From Podarcis bocagei (Eukaryota): a stretch of DNA of 64,000 nt. The translations under genes were made by a program, and so were the position numbers. The stretch lies in the NCBI GenBank assembly GCA_964188305.1, contig OZ076885.1. One strand, written 5' to 3'. Below, piece after piece: positions 25,163 to 40,256 of the stretch. Every line of letters starts with the position of its first letter. The stretch's first letter is position 1. The notes under the pieces were generated by a model. The model was not told the origin of the DNA and did no database searches. It saw only the letters and a program-made list of their open reading frames with translations.

Positions 25163-25528
25163 GTAAAGGTAAAGGTACCCCTGCCCGTACGGGCCAGTCG
25201 TGATCGACTCTAGGGTTGCGCGCTCATCTCGCTCAAGAGGCCGGGAGCCGGCGCTGTCCGAAGACACTTCCGGGTCACGTGGCCAGCGGGACGAAGCTGC
25301 AGCTGGCGAGCCAGCACCAGCGCCGCACACGGAAATGCCGTTTACCTTCCGGCTATAAAGCGGTACCTATTTATCTACTTGCACTTAAGGGTGCTTTCGA
25401 ACTGCTAGGTGGGCAGGAGCTGGGACCGAATGACGGGAGCTCACCCCGCTGCGGGGATTCGAACCGCCGACCTTACGATCAGCAAGTCCTAGGCACTGAG
25501 GTTTTACCCACAGCGTCACCCACGTCCC
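25163..25528 (-). mobile_element. Sauria SINE, full length, different subfamily
   Basis: Reverse complement has the same head, core and ACCTTT tail. Many CpGs are retained, suggesting a young copy. Confidence 0.93.
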
Positions 25529-25717
25529 CTTTTCTGCTTAGCAACAACTGGTTAGATGGGACAACTGAGGGTTAAGCATGGCCGCTAATGGATTTTATGC
25601 ACAAGCAGGACACAAGGAAACTTATAAAGCAGAGAAGAAAAATGTTTTTACACAGTTTTGCGTTTGCTAGAACATTTGGGTGGGGAGGGAAGGCAAAACC
25701 TTTTGCTAAGTGCTTAC

Positions 25718-25778
25718 CATTCTTTTTCAAGAAGTGCAGTGCATCCCTGTATCCTTGCTTGCACATGTCCCGCAGAAC
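25718..25778 (-). CDS. PNPLA2: PNPLA2 coding exon 5 (VLRDMCKQGYRDALHFLKKN)
   Basis: Acceptor TGCAG|GT, donor ATG|GTAAGC. 61 nt. Conserved MCKQGYRD motif. Confidence 0.96.
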
Positions 25779-26688
25779 CTGCACACAGAGATAAAGGAGA
25801 GTCAGTTATGATGATGAAAGCCTGTGTCTAAACATTCCAGTTGGAAGGGCAAGAGGGGCTTGTTTTCTGGTTACAACCATTGCTACCCCAACAGTGTTTT
25901 CTACTGCAGCAATAAAAGAGGGAGAAAGGGCAGAAAGCAAGAACGGACCAACAGCATTTGTTATGTTGCTAACTAAAGGAAGAGGCAGGAACACGGAGGA
26001 GACATGTTATGGTCTGGGCAATGGCTCTGAATGAACACCCATGGGGGAAGAAAGAAGGCCAACAAAGGAATGTCAGTCTACACCAACTGAATACAGTCCA
26101 TAAGCATTTTCAAACAATTGAAGGTATTTTCAGGTCTCTTCATGTTATTCCAATGGGATTAAAAAAGGCATTCAGTGCATTCCAAAAATTTTGAAGGCTT
26201 CTTGTCCCATCACTTTAAAAAAACAAGTCAGATTAAATCATAGAATGAGCATTTGCCACTCCAAATTAGGCTACCTGCCAACACCCTCTAAAGAATGGGA
26301 GTGGGAGTCCCAAGTTACATGAAGTGCATTGGCCGATCACCCACGTGCCTTTCAGTGACTTTGTTGCCTGTTTCTAAAAGGAAACGTGCAGCTGTTCATG
26401 AAACACCATATGCCCGTCTCTCAGAAATGGGTGGCACAAACACCACTGAAGCTTTATGGAGGGCAGGTTGGTTTCTATAGGTGTGTAAGCTCCATCCAAC
26501 ACCAGTGGGACTCACTTCCAAGTAAACATGCACAGTCTTGTGTTAGAAGCATAAGAGCTAAGACAGATGAAATGCTCTGATGAAGAATGACTACAACGAT
26601 TTGTATTTAGAAAGTATATAAATTCAGGTTGCCTGAAGTTCCTTCAAATGAAGAGCCATAAACAATGTTTACCATCTATGGAAGCTCA

Positions 26689-27942
<1,254 letters not shown>

Positions 27943-29043
27943 TGAGTGAGATCCATGGGGTGACGGCAACCAGTGAAGATCCCTAGGCCTTCTACTGACA
28001 TACCCACTGCCTACCTACATTAGCTGGAAGGCAAGCACTTCTGAACTATTGCTTTACTTATTAATTGTTCGATGCATCTGGCCCAACAGGGCTTCCTGCT
28101 TCAGACAGCCGGCTTTTTGCTGTGAGGTATTTGGGAGACTCTTGGGTTGTAATGAGACTGGCTAGAGACAGAGGTGAAGGCTCTGCTGGCTCTAGCCTTA
28201 TCTGCATGCATAGACAGGGCTAAATATGTTTAATCTAGAGGAGAGGGATGCTTTGAGTTTGGATCCAAACTAAAATAAGACCAGGGAGAGGTGATGAAGC
28301 AGGCACATCTCCAAAACACGACATACACCCCCCCCCAGCTGTTATTGTTAACAACATTATGAAACAAAAACAATAAATAAATAAAGCTAGCTGTCTATCG
28401 GGGACCTTTCGCCTACATTCCAGTTCGGAACAAACTGTTCATGCCAACCTTCTCCACAAACTCCACCACTCTGCTTCTACCAGACACTCCTTGAGTTCAC
28501 AACCTCAATTTGATTTAGTGCCATTGCAAATGGGCTTTTCTTAATACCACTCAGCCAGACCAGAATGGAACAGATATCAGGAGAAAAGGAAAAACAAAAC
28601 CCTTTGGTGCAGCTACCTTTAAACAGTTCACTGTGGCTTGTTCTGACATGACAATAAACCATGGCTTACTGCAGGAATAAGTTGATGTGTTTCAGGCTTG
28701 CGCCATCTTCCTTCCCTTCTTATTCTCCAACACGGCTGCAAGGAAACTGGAAGCCTTAACTTCCGATTTCAATTAACAACAGCTTAGCATACTATTAAAA
28801 CCCTGAACTGTGGTCAACTGAAACAAGCCACCGTAATAAAACTATGGTTTGAAGTTGGCTCCTTTTGACAAAGCGTAGTCACAGCGTGTCAGGGTTCAGA
28901 CATTATGGTTTGCTTATTTTACTATTTATTTTCAATAGTAAAATGGCCAAAAAATAACATAGAAATGATAAGTAACATTGAAAAGTATGTAAACAAGCCT
29001 AACCAGGGTTCAGACATTATGTTTAACTGCAGTTAGTTTAAGG

Positions 29044-29300
29044 AAGGGGTAGGCAACCTAAGGCCTGGGGGCTGAATGCGGCCCAGTCGCCTTATAAATC
29101 TGGCCTGTGGACGGTCTGGGAATCAGCGTGTTTTTACTTGAGTAGAATGTGTCCTTTTATTTAAAATGCATCTCTGGATTATTCGTGTGGCATAGGAATT
29201 CGTACATTTCCCCCACCCCACCCCAAATATAGTCTGGCCCACCACATGGTCTGAGGGACGGTGGACCGGCCCCCTGCTGAAAAAGGTTGCTGGTCCCCTG
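29044..29300. mobile_element. Non-autonomous hAT element
   Basis: Termini AGGGGTAGGCAACCT...AGGTTGCTGGTCCCCTG. TSD GTTTAAGG/GTTTAAGA. Confidence 0.85.
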
Positions 29301-30174
29301 GTTTAAGACAACACCTCCTCACAGCCATGCTGTCAGAGAAGAAAGGGTTTTTTTCAGGAGCTTCTGCCTCACGTCCCTGAGCCATAAGTTGCGGTTTACT
29401 GTTATATATGAAATAGTCACATGGGGCTTCTCAGAGAAAGCTGGGCCAGAGGGTTTTTCCTGCCTTCCCCAGATTTATTGCCCTTTGGCCTGGGTGGTGC
29501 TGAGCAATCTCCAATTCCAATGGCACTAAAGTCTAAGAGTTCAAGGAAAGGGTGCTGCTGCACTGATAGGCTGTGTGTGCTGTGCCCTCAACAAGAGTGC
29601 AATTAGCTGACATGCTGGCTTATTTGCTGCTAGACACACACACACCACCCTTGATGCCTGAAACAGGACTGCATGAAAACAAATAATCTCAAGTGGAAAA
29701 ACTCCTGACATCTACCACTGTGCTACACAGATCTATTTTCTTAAGGCAATATTGTTGGCACCCTTGTCAGGCGCTGGATAAAACACAGCTGCATATAGCA
29801 GGGAGTTTCACCACTTTACGCAAGTCATGACAGACACATATTAAATACCCATTTTATAATCTGAAGATTATGACTAATACAGACTTTGTGGCTTCAGCAT
29901 CAAGCAAGATACTCCCCCTCATCCCTGCTCCCTTTGACTTAATAGCCTGCCTGATGTGTCCCTGGGATGATGACACGATGACTAAAGCTTGTGGCTTATG
30001 GCCGTCAGTTCCAACAGGAATGAAAACGAGACAATCAGTAGCAAGCCACTTCTTCAGCTTTAGCCCTCTATGTATAATACGGAGACAGTAACAGCCAACC
30101 TTGCAAGGATCACAGCGTGACCTCGTACCAATGCAAACAATTTTGGAAGCCCAAGTCCACGATGGCTTACTTAC

Positions 30175-30240
30175 CACTCCTTGAAGACTGGGAGGGATGA
30201 GGCCACAGTACACTGGGATGAAAGTGCTGCAAACACATGC
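30175..30240 (-). CDS. PNPLA2: PNPLA2 coding exon 3 (ACVCSTFIPVYCGLIPPSLQGV)
   Basis: Acceptor CTCTCAG|GC, donor GTG|GTAAGT. 66 nt. Conserved FIPVYCGLIPP motif. Confidence 0.97.
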
Positions 30241-30462
30241 CTGAGAGAGACAGGAAAACACCACATGAAACCTAAATAACATGCGGGGGAGGATTTATGT
30301 ATCCAGAGCACCAAGTAAATATCATCTGATGGAACAAGTGATAGCTACAAGACAGCCTTTCACCATGAAAGCATAGTCAAGTCAGGTGTCCCAGTCCCTG
30401 GTGGCTGGGAACCTACAGATTCACATCTAAAGCAACGAAGCAGTCATCATGTTATTACTTGC

Positions 30463-30695
30463 CTGGATAAGCTCCTCTTTGGAGCTGAACTCTGATAAGA
30501 TGACATTCTCTCCATCTGAAACCCGCGTCAGCGAGATGCCCAAGCGTCCACTGGCCACCTCATGCCCGTTGTCTGGCAGGGTCTTGTATAGGCAGGTACG
30601 GATGATTTTCACTAAGTTGAAGGAGGGGTGCAAGGGGCCAAGAAACCTCTTCCGAGCCTCCTTAGAGACATGGATGATGTTTGCACCAGCCTCAC
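30463..30695 (-). CDS. PNPLA2: PNPLA2 coding exon 2 ([26 protein letters not shown]...EELIQ)
   Basis: Acceptor CCTTAG|GT. 233 nt. Ends at non-canonical donor CAG|GCAAGT, which is required to keep frame. Confidence 0.95.
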
Positions 30696-31486
30696 CTAAG
30701 GAACAAGAGAACAACGGACATTAGGAGGGCGCTGCTGCATGATACTAAGCTAGCAGGCTTTACACGTTAAGGCACTCTAAACAGCAGTTATCTCTGAAAT
30801 GCAGGCATCACAATGACTGGCGGTTTCAGAATCACAAAACTATGGTACTGCCGAGAAAGAGAAACGGACAAAACAGCTCACGGAAGGCTTGTCAGTGACT
30901 GAAAGGACAGTTAGAATTTGAGTTTCAGCCTTGTTATATTCTGTCAGCAAACACTGTTGTTTTAATGGTGGTTTTAAAATTACAGAATGGCAATGCCCTT
31001 TGTGCCATTTGTAATAGAAATCATGCAATTAAATAGTCCTGAGGAGGAACTACATGGTTCCCCAAACAGGTTGCACACTGCAAGAAGCCACAGCCACTAA
31101 GCAGTTTGTTGCAGCATGCACCCATGTTTCAAATGTTGTAATTTTAGTATAGTGAGTAACTTCTGTTTGCCAATCTAGAGCTTCATTGGGAAATGACCTC
31201 ACTGCCATAAGCCTTTCCCTTATTCCCCGCCCCCCATATCCAGAGTTGTTTACCTTCTCATGCAGTTCCCCCTGCTAACCACAAAAATATACTCAAGGTT
31301 AAGTATAAAACAAATCTACCATGTTATAATAGGCTATTCTATTTTTTCTTCTATTACATGATTACTGGTTTTCAAACTTGGATACTGCACATCTATAGGA
31401 TACCATCTAATAAAACAGCCAGCAGGAATTATGTGGCTTAACTATGTCTTAGTTCTTCAAACATAGTCTCATCATGAAATCAGCAG

Positions 31487-31531
31487 CAATCTGGCATATT
31501 TGCACCACAATCTGGCATATTTGCACCACAA
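31487..31531. repeat. 21-bp tandem duplication (CAATCTGGCATATTTGCACCA)x2
   Basis: Seen directly in the sequence. Confidence 0.9.
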
Positions 31532-34500
31532 AACCCTACTGCACCATATTCACTACCTCAAAATATTAGTCAAGGAACATTTAAATTGATGCCAATTACG
31601 ACCAGAAAATCATAAACATTAACTGGAGAATAATTTGTTACTTCTGCTATGCAGTGGCGTGCTCACATGGAATATTTCAGAGCATCTGGGCTGGCCCAGT
31701 GCATCTCGGGGAGCTTAGCATTCCAGGTGTAAAAATAATAAAACTTCTATGGTCCCTTACTGGCAGATGAAAGTTAAGTGTCGAAATAAGCCTCCATTGT
31801 GGATTTTTAAAAGAGCACTATTGGATTAAACCAGACTATTCCAGTCTAGCATCCCACTCTCACAGTGGCCAGCCAGATGCTAATGGGAAACCCACATGCA
31901 AGACATGTGTGCAACAGCACACTCTACACTTGTGTTCCCCCAGTGACTGGTATCCAGGGCAAACGGCTTTTGATACTGTTATCCCAGTATCCCATAACTC
32001 AGTTATCATGACCAGTAGCTATAACGATCAGTCAGGGATGCTGAAGTTGTATCCTGCATTGCAGATCCTGCACTGAGCAAAGATTCTAAGATCGTTAAGT
32101 GGGTGTTGGTCCACAATAATTCTTCATACTACCAGGCCTAAAAGACACTCCCCCAGTACACACACACATACACACAATAAATTGAATTTCAAGTGCTTTG
32201 ACTTCCACATTCCTCTGCTGCTCTGATGTCAATCAAAGGATACTGCAGTGTCACTCAGCTACAGCAAATGCAATATTCAGTCCTCCACATTCTATAACGG
32301 ACAACCTGGCTACGGCACTCTTTGAGGAAGTGGAAGCCAAAATGTTTTGCTATAATAAATTTGATCAGTTTGTGAGTCACTGTAATAAATACATGGTATT
32401 AGTGATTAAATGCATCCTTCCATGATTCAGAGCGAACTTGTCTGAAGTACTGTGTGAGATACTGCCACCAACTTTGATACACAAACCCCCACAAAGGAAG
32501 ACTGATTTCCCCAAAGAGAACTTCTTAAGCTTGGCAGCAACACAGGCTTTGATTCAGTCTTCAGAGTTCTGTTGGACAGGAGTGAACTGGGCAAAACAAC
32601 AACAACCCAGCAATTCTTTCCCTATTGAGACGGTTCCACTGCTCTATCACGTCGCTCCAAAACAGTCCACAGTTGTGGAAACAAAAGCTCAGCTGCTTCA
32701 TTCTTAACTGTCCCAGCAATCTGCAGTGGGTCAGAGGCTGACTTAGTAGAAAAACAAAGACTCCCATTTTCCCACTTCCTCTCTAGGGCATGCCAGCCAG
32801 AAAAACTTGCAAAGGCAAAGGGGGTAAGGGAGAGACAGTGGGCCGAGAGACTAAAAGCTGTCAGATTCAAATTGCCAGAACTCACAATGAACCTAGACTG
32901 ATTTGTTAGGACTTGTGTTCACCTATCTGCCACCCTCATATCTTGCGGTAGCAAATTTCTTAGTTTATCTGCACTATATGAAGCAGTTATTTCTTTTGTC
33001 AGTTCCGTATCTCCCACCATTTGGCTTTGATGGATTGCCATGGCTTCCAGTATTGTTGGAAAGGAATAAAAACTTTTGTCTACCTTCTACACACCATGCA
33101 TCATTTTATATATCTCTATCATATCCTGTCTGACCCATTATTTTTCTAAGCTAAAAAGCCCCAAATTGCCCCTGACCCTGGAGGTACATCAGCCACCATG
33201 ACTAGCAGCCATAGCCTGCTCCTCTTTTGATTCCTGTAATAGAGAATTGCTCTTGGCATCCCTCCTGGAGGAGACCGATTTTAGGGAACAACCAAGCCCT
33301 TGAAATATACACTTTAAAAAAATCTCCTGGTTTTAATATATATACCGTATCTATTTTAATGTTTAGATTAGTTGTACTTCTAGCCTGTTTTTCACCAAAT
33401 AGCCCCAGGGCAGCTTAACGAATATATAATTAAGGTAAGTACAGGTGCACAATTAAAAACAAAATAAGAACCACAAAGACAACCGACAACAAAACAATAG
33501 CAAGGAACTGCAGTGTAGGAGTGCTGATATTGCAGATTAGAGATGTAGTCAGAAAATGTCAACTGTTTTCACAATCACAGTTTTTGGTGCTGACAACCCC
33601 AATATCCTTTCTTAGGTTTCTAGCGAGAGCACATAAAAACCAGCAGATTGTGCTCTGCTTTTCATAATGCTGCCAGCAAATATGCAAAGTGAGTAGCACC
33701 TGAAACAAAATGTTAACAGTGTGTAGTGCTTCTGTTTATGGGTGCAGGTTCCAGAATATTCCATTCTACTACCCCTCACAAAAAAGTCAGTATTTAATGG
33801 CCATTGAGAATGCACGGTGTTCATTGAGTTGCTTTGGTTCCTGAAGATTTTTTGCAATTCTTAAAATCTTGAGGCTCTCCAAAGCCTGCTGACTCCATGC
33901 ACAAGGGAAGGTTAGTGATGTTTTGGCTACATAAGGATCCAAACTTGGAGAAGTGAGGATGCTGTGAGCATATGTGGGATTGAGCACTGCACACACACCA
34001 TCAACTACATGAAAACTGACCAGAAATACTAGCAGATATCTAGAGGAAAGCTGCTTTTAAAACTAGTTTTCTAATTATGGGTACAAAAGAAGGAGAGATG
34101 AAATAAGTCCCAATGAGTTTCTTTAGAGTGGCTGCACAGAAGCTGTGATGCTACGTTGCCTTTGCTGCCCTGGACCTACAAAGACAAAAAATAATCTACA
34201 AAACAGTCTACACACTTATTTTGCAGTGCCACTAGGGTCATGGGCAACATTTGGAAACTGACGTGGCAAGGCATCACTGAGGCTGGGACTGTAATTATTT
34301 AACTCCCCAGGCACATGTACACTTTGCACTCTTAAGCACTGGGTTGCAGGGGGAGAGAGGCAAGCCTTCCCTAAAATTAGGGAAAGCCAGAAGCGAAAGG
34401 AATAGCTCCTCTTCAGCTGACCTTTAAGTCCTCTGGAAGGGGGTCCTTACCAAACATATCAGTACAGTTCTTATGCATAAAATGTGTCCTTTACTTGTTT

Positions 34501-35473
34501 AAAAGCAAGAACATAGCTGTGTACCTTGAAAGTGCCAAATAACCTTTAAGGGGGACATGGATAGAGTGAACTTCAGACTTCCTAGAAGAGAGATTCAGCT
34601 TGGATGCACTGCCAAGGAGAGTGGATTTATTTGGATAGACTCCAAAGTAGATGACAGCAGTGATGATAGTTGAGCATGTGCTATAACCTTATGAAATGCT
34701 ATGTATACACACTCACACACTTTAACAGAAGAAGGCCACCAGCAAGCTGAGCTTTGGCAATGCTAGATAGGATTTTTAATGGGAATTAGAGAACTCACAC
34801 TAGAGTGCTGAAGGAGAGGGAAGGTGACTCCTATTGAGGGATCACAGTAATAAACATCCTTAAGCTATTATCTCCAGTTCCTAGCATAAGGCTGGTAGAG
34901 GATATAAAAGATGGGTGGTCTCAATTTGTGTGTATGCCCAATCTCTCTTCATCCCTCACCCAGGGAGCTATTCAGATAGGCTTTACTGGAGCAGATCTAC
35001 TTAACTTAATGGACCCAACTTAATCATGTTTATTAATTTCAGTGGATCTTCTTTAAATAAAACCTAGCTGAATACAACCTCCAATATTTTGGTCAACCAT
35101 CTCAATATTGTTTATTATATGCTCTTCATTGCAATGCAGCTCCAGAGAGGGTTATAAATAAAATACAAATTTACATTATACTACAGTGCCTTAGAAAACA
35201 AGGCCGTTAATTACAAGCATAAAAAGAAAAAAAAAACCACATCAAGCCTGACACTAATATCCACCAAAGTCCTGAGTGAATAGAAAGGCTTTTACCTGGC
35301 ACTGGAAACTAACGAAGTGGGGCTTTATTTTTCTATGGAAACTTTCCATTTCATAAATTCTTAAGTTCACAATGAACAGATGCCAATTGCAAATACAGTA
35401 TTAAGCAAGCTTGTTACCTTTCTTTACTAAGTACAAGAAAAACAAATATGCTAAATTAGACCACTCTCTAGGG

Positions 35474-35609
35474 CAGGCATCCCCAAACTCGGCCCTCCAG
35501 ATGTTTTGGGACTACAACTCCCATCATCCCTAGCTAACAGGACCAGTGGTCAGGGATGATGGGAATTGTAGTCCCAAAACATCTGGAGGGCTGAGTTTGG
35601 GGGTGTCTG
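35474..35609. mobile_element. Palindromic non-autonomous hAT MITE
   Basis: Near-perfect fold-back (GGACTACAACTCCCATCATCCCT / AGGGATGATGGGAATTGTAGTCC). 8-bp TSD CTCTAGGG/CTTTAGGG. Confidence 0.88.
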
Positions 35610-38600
35610 CTTTAGGGCATCAGAAAATTTCCCAATTGAAATTACCCTAATTGTATTTTGATTCTTGAAAAAGAAATCCAGAAAACCCAACATCCCCAAC
35701 ATCACTGCAGGAAACTCAAGTGGTGTAAGCTCCAGTCACATCTTAGAGGGATTCCAAAGCTGGGGCACCAACCCAGAGACGGCTTGTCACTGCATAACAA
35801 GCTTCCCACAGAGGAATTATAGCTAAGAGAACCTCTGCAGCAAATCTCAACAGTTAGGCAGGCCTGTACAGATGGAGGCCCTATTCCAGACAACCTAACC
35901 TTAAATTGTGTGGGGTTTATAGCCATGTTTGTTTGGGGTGCTGCTACATGACCACCACATACAAGCTGCCCTGGTTCCCACCAGACTCTTCTCCCCTCCT
36001 CCATCTCCATAAGCCCTCCCTGTTGGTGCCCAGAAGCTCTAATTTGGGGAAACCCTGTAACTTCTCATAATCTCCCAATACTTAAACCAACAGAACCAAG
36101 GTGGGGAACCTTTGATCCTCCAGATGTTGCTGAACTAGAGTTCTCAGCAAGCATAGCCAGTGGCCAGGGTTGATAGGAGTTGTAATTCAGCAACATCTAG
36201 AAGGCCAGAGGTCCCACACCACAGCAACAGAGAGACACAAAACAATTAGAAGCACCACCAGCTCTCTTCGCAGGAAGGGTCAACTTGACCTGCAAAAATA
36301 TTCAACTCACAAAAGCAAAGCAATTCAAATTAGTGGCAAATAAGATTTATCTGCAAGCAAGAGATGGCATAGCTACTGACAGTCATTCTGGAAGCCCCGG
36401 TTCTTCTTGGGGAGGATCCATCTCAGAGCAAAGGGCACTAGCTAAAGCCAGGAACATTCCAGCTTCATTAGGTATTCCATTACAGACCAACACAGAGGGC
36501 ATTTTAACATGTGAGGCTTAAAAGCATTCCAAGAGGAATGTAAAGCTATACTGGCCAAAATACACACCCACTTGTACGGGGGGGGGGGGGCACAGCCATG
36601 ATTACAGATTAAGGGATAACTAAATAAATTCCAAGGCATCAAAATGGTCTCACAAGGGCATCAGAAAGGGCCCAAGGATATGATTTGCGTGACCTGGAAG
36701 GAGAGACTTTGAATTTAAGACTGAAGAATGCAAACCTTGATTGAGAAAGTTGGTGCTGTCTCTGTTGCATGAGGAAAGGGGAACAGGCAGAGGGATTCTG
36801 GAGGTGGGGAGCTGCAAAGAACAAATGTTTGTCCTTTCAAAACATGTGGTTTCAGATACTGGAGACTGATATTGCACAATTGCAAGCAGAGGCGGATTTA
36901 GGGAAGCACAACTGGTCTTGTCACACTGGGTGCAGAGCCTCAGGGGCACCACGACTATGAGGTAGAATGGAAAGGGAGAGGCTCGATGGGGTGGGGTGCC
37001 GAAATTTTGGTGTTGCACAGGGAGCTGATGAAATGGGAGACCTCAAGGTCTGCCACTGTTGCAAGGGCTATCATTTAGTCAGCTTTCCACCTCCAAGGTA
37101 TGCCAGCTACATTTTAAAAACAGACCATCTCAAAGAGACCCAACATGATATAGGAGATGGGATGGGAGATGGACCATTTCAGACAGAAACAGCCACACTG
37201 CAATCAGGCTAGACTGTTTCTAACTATGAGGCACATGCAATCCCCCACCCCCATTGTAACATTGTGATGGGAGTAGCCAGAGCTGTGGAACTTGTTTTCT
37301 TCAAGAGCTCTTTGGAACAGATGCTATAGGCCTTATCTATCAAGGTCACCCTACTCTATACATCTGGGCATCAACCTCATTAAAAGAACTGCTTCCCAAG
37401 TGTAGGATCTGCACAGATTTATCAAACACTGATTCCAAAGCATCCTTCTGCCTCTTCCCAGTTGCAAATCATCTTATTCCAGCCAGGATCATGACAGCTG
37501 CCTGGATTTTCCTACAAGGCTACCATGACACACTGGTTGCTCTTTCTCTCTCTGCCACTTGGCATTCTGCTTTACATCACACCCTTCCTGTTTTCACACA
37601 TTCCATATCTGTTCCAGCAGGCTTTGCTTTTTGCCAATTTGTTTTTCATCCCTGAAGGAAAGGCAGCAACACCAGTCAGTACTTCACACACACACACAAA
37701 TGTATTGCAAATGTATTGCAACTTTGCCAACTAAGTTACCTGCAGCTGAGTCTGGGGGTACTTACTAAAGGTAGAGGTATTCAGTGGGCAGACCCAAGAT
37801 AGCAACTCTCCAGTCAGCAACCATATCATAGATTCCTCATCGCAGAAATTGGGGAAGGGGCTTCTTTCCTGTCAAAGTTTCAATTTTCCCAATTCAGCAG
37901 TCCCAGTGTCCAGCAGTATCCCATGCCTGCCTAATTTTATTTGCTAACTTTGGGGAAGTTTAACAGAGGCACCAGAAGAGGCTGCCTTAGACCAGCAATG
38001 AAGAAGTTTTCAACTATATTCTACACAACAAGAAGCAACCATGTATACCTCCAGTCAGTGGAGGGTGGGGCTGAGATGAACAGCCGAGGAAAACACACTT
38101 TGTGGTTTCCCAATAAACAACTAAGCTCCTCTCCTTCTGCTCGCTTTGTTCCTTCTCCATCTGCATACGGCAGTCATGAAACTCTCTCTCACAATGTAAG
38201 CTTAGAATCCAAAGGGAGGCAAATTTTTGCACATCTGTCAAAAACCCTCAGGTGACCACAGCAACAACTGGTGCAGGTTTATAGTGACTCTTCTTTTTTT
38301 TAAGGATCACCCACGGAATAAGCGCAGAGGTTCCTCTGTAACTGAAAAAAAATCTGTGGAAAGGGGGACTGTCATAATGATGCCCACCAATTACAATCTA
38401 CTAAGTGAGTCACAGTATCTTTTTAAGATGCTTGTTTCGGGAAAAGAACTCAATGAGTCGGTTTAGCCTTCTAGACCATTATGAAATGCTTTCTGCACAC
38501 ATAGGAACACAGGGTTTCAGGCAAAAGGTCTTCCCCAGCTTCACCTGGAGATGTCAGGGATTGAACCTGGGACCTTCTGAAAAGCAGATGCTCTACCTCT

Positions 38601-40256
38601 GAGCGACAGCCCTTCCCCAGCTGAGTTGTTGCCTTCTCTGATAACTAAGGCTGCCTACCAGCCCTCTAAAAGCCTGGAAGCCTCGGAAGATGTTGCAGCA
38701 GGTGCCCTTCCTGCCTTGCTCCTCCACTGCTCTTCTGCTCAGCCTTCTTGCTGTGGAGCCAGAGAGCCCCACTTTCTGTGGCAAAGTGGGAAGAAAGGTG
38801 GGCAAAGGCACTAGAGGAGGAGCACAGTAGGAGAGGGTGCATCTTCCTTTGCTGCTCCAGACTGTTTTTTCCAAAAAACAAACAAACAAACCCACAAACA
38901 AAGCAGGGACAGATATTATCTCTTAAGTTGGCAGCTGGCAATGCTGTTGTCAATAGACTGCACCACCCTAGAACGCCTTGCCTCAATCCGAAAAACAGCA
39001 GCAAAAAACAAAACCCCAATAAAGTGATAAATCATTGGAAAAGAACAGAAGTTTATAACCTTGCATGGGAGACAAAGCTTCTTTGCAGGCATTAAGACAC
39101 TCACGTGACTACTGCCTCTTTATGGGGCTTGTTTCCTCAGAAGTGTTGAGAAATGGTGTACACTAGAACAATTTGTTCTGATGTCTGAGTGGCTTTCTGC
39201 ACTCCCAGGCCTTCGGGTTTCTGAGGTGGGGTGAGGGGTGGTGGGGAAGATGGGGCCAGCTATGCAACTTCTTCATGCTCCTCTTTGTTTGGGATGCAGT
39301 GCAAAAAAGGCAAGGAGACTTCCCTGAACAACAGCAGCCCTATGCTAAAGGCCATTCTCTACGAGGAGAGCACACAAGCCATCCTTCCTACACTACAAGC
39401 TGCCACATTAAATTTTTTTTTAAAAGGTCATCTTGCACAAATATTTGAGAAACGGCGCTGCAAAAACAAATAATTCTGCAAAAGAGAGTTCTTAGAAAGC
39501 CTGGCCAAGAGCCATGGCTATGCTTCCAGTTCATGTGAAAACTTACCATTTGCACAAAGTGACTTTCAACCAAGCAAGGACAGTAAGAGCAGCTCCCCAT
39601 AAAAGTGGAGAACAGACAGTTTCGAATTAATTCAAATATTATCAACTGCATCATGAAAACATAGCTCCTTAGATGGGCCTATTTCCATCCTGGATAAGCT
39701 TAACACAGACTGGCATCAGAATCCTTTTGTTCTGTGGCTTATTGGGTTTGGGGCAATTAAAGCTAGCCTTATTCATCAGTCTCCTTAATTATAAACTATA
39801 ATTATAAGCTCAGCCTTCATTGTCGGTAGCATTACTTTACTACAATATATAAATGATTCTGGAGAATGAGTAGATAGACCATCTTTTTTATACAGAAATC
39901 TCAGCAAGCTCACATATGTACATGCTGCACAAGCAGTACAGTATTTTGACTTTACGCAGTAATGCAAGATGAAAAACATCATGATGGCAAGATATCCCCA
40001 CTCTGAACCTTACCTTTAGCAGCACTTTCATTTAAGAAAATGAAATGGTTTCAATAACTGTGCAGCAGTAAATTCATTTGGGGATGAATATTGGTTATAG
40101 AACCTAACAGATTCCAGAGCATATTATCTCCATTTTGTAAGCCTGTTTCAAATTCTGACTAGGTCTGAGATGAGCATTTCCAGAAAAAGTACTGTTAATG
40201 GGGAGAGGGACAAGAAGCTTCATTTACTCAATTCAATCAATACCACTAATGCTGTA

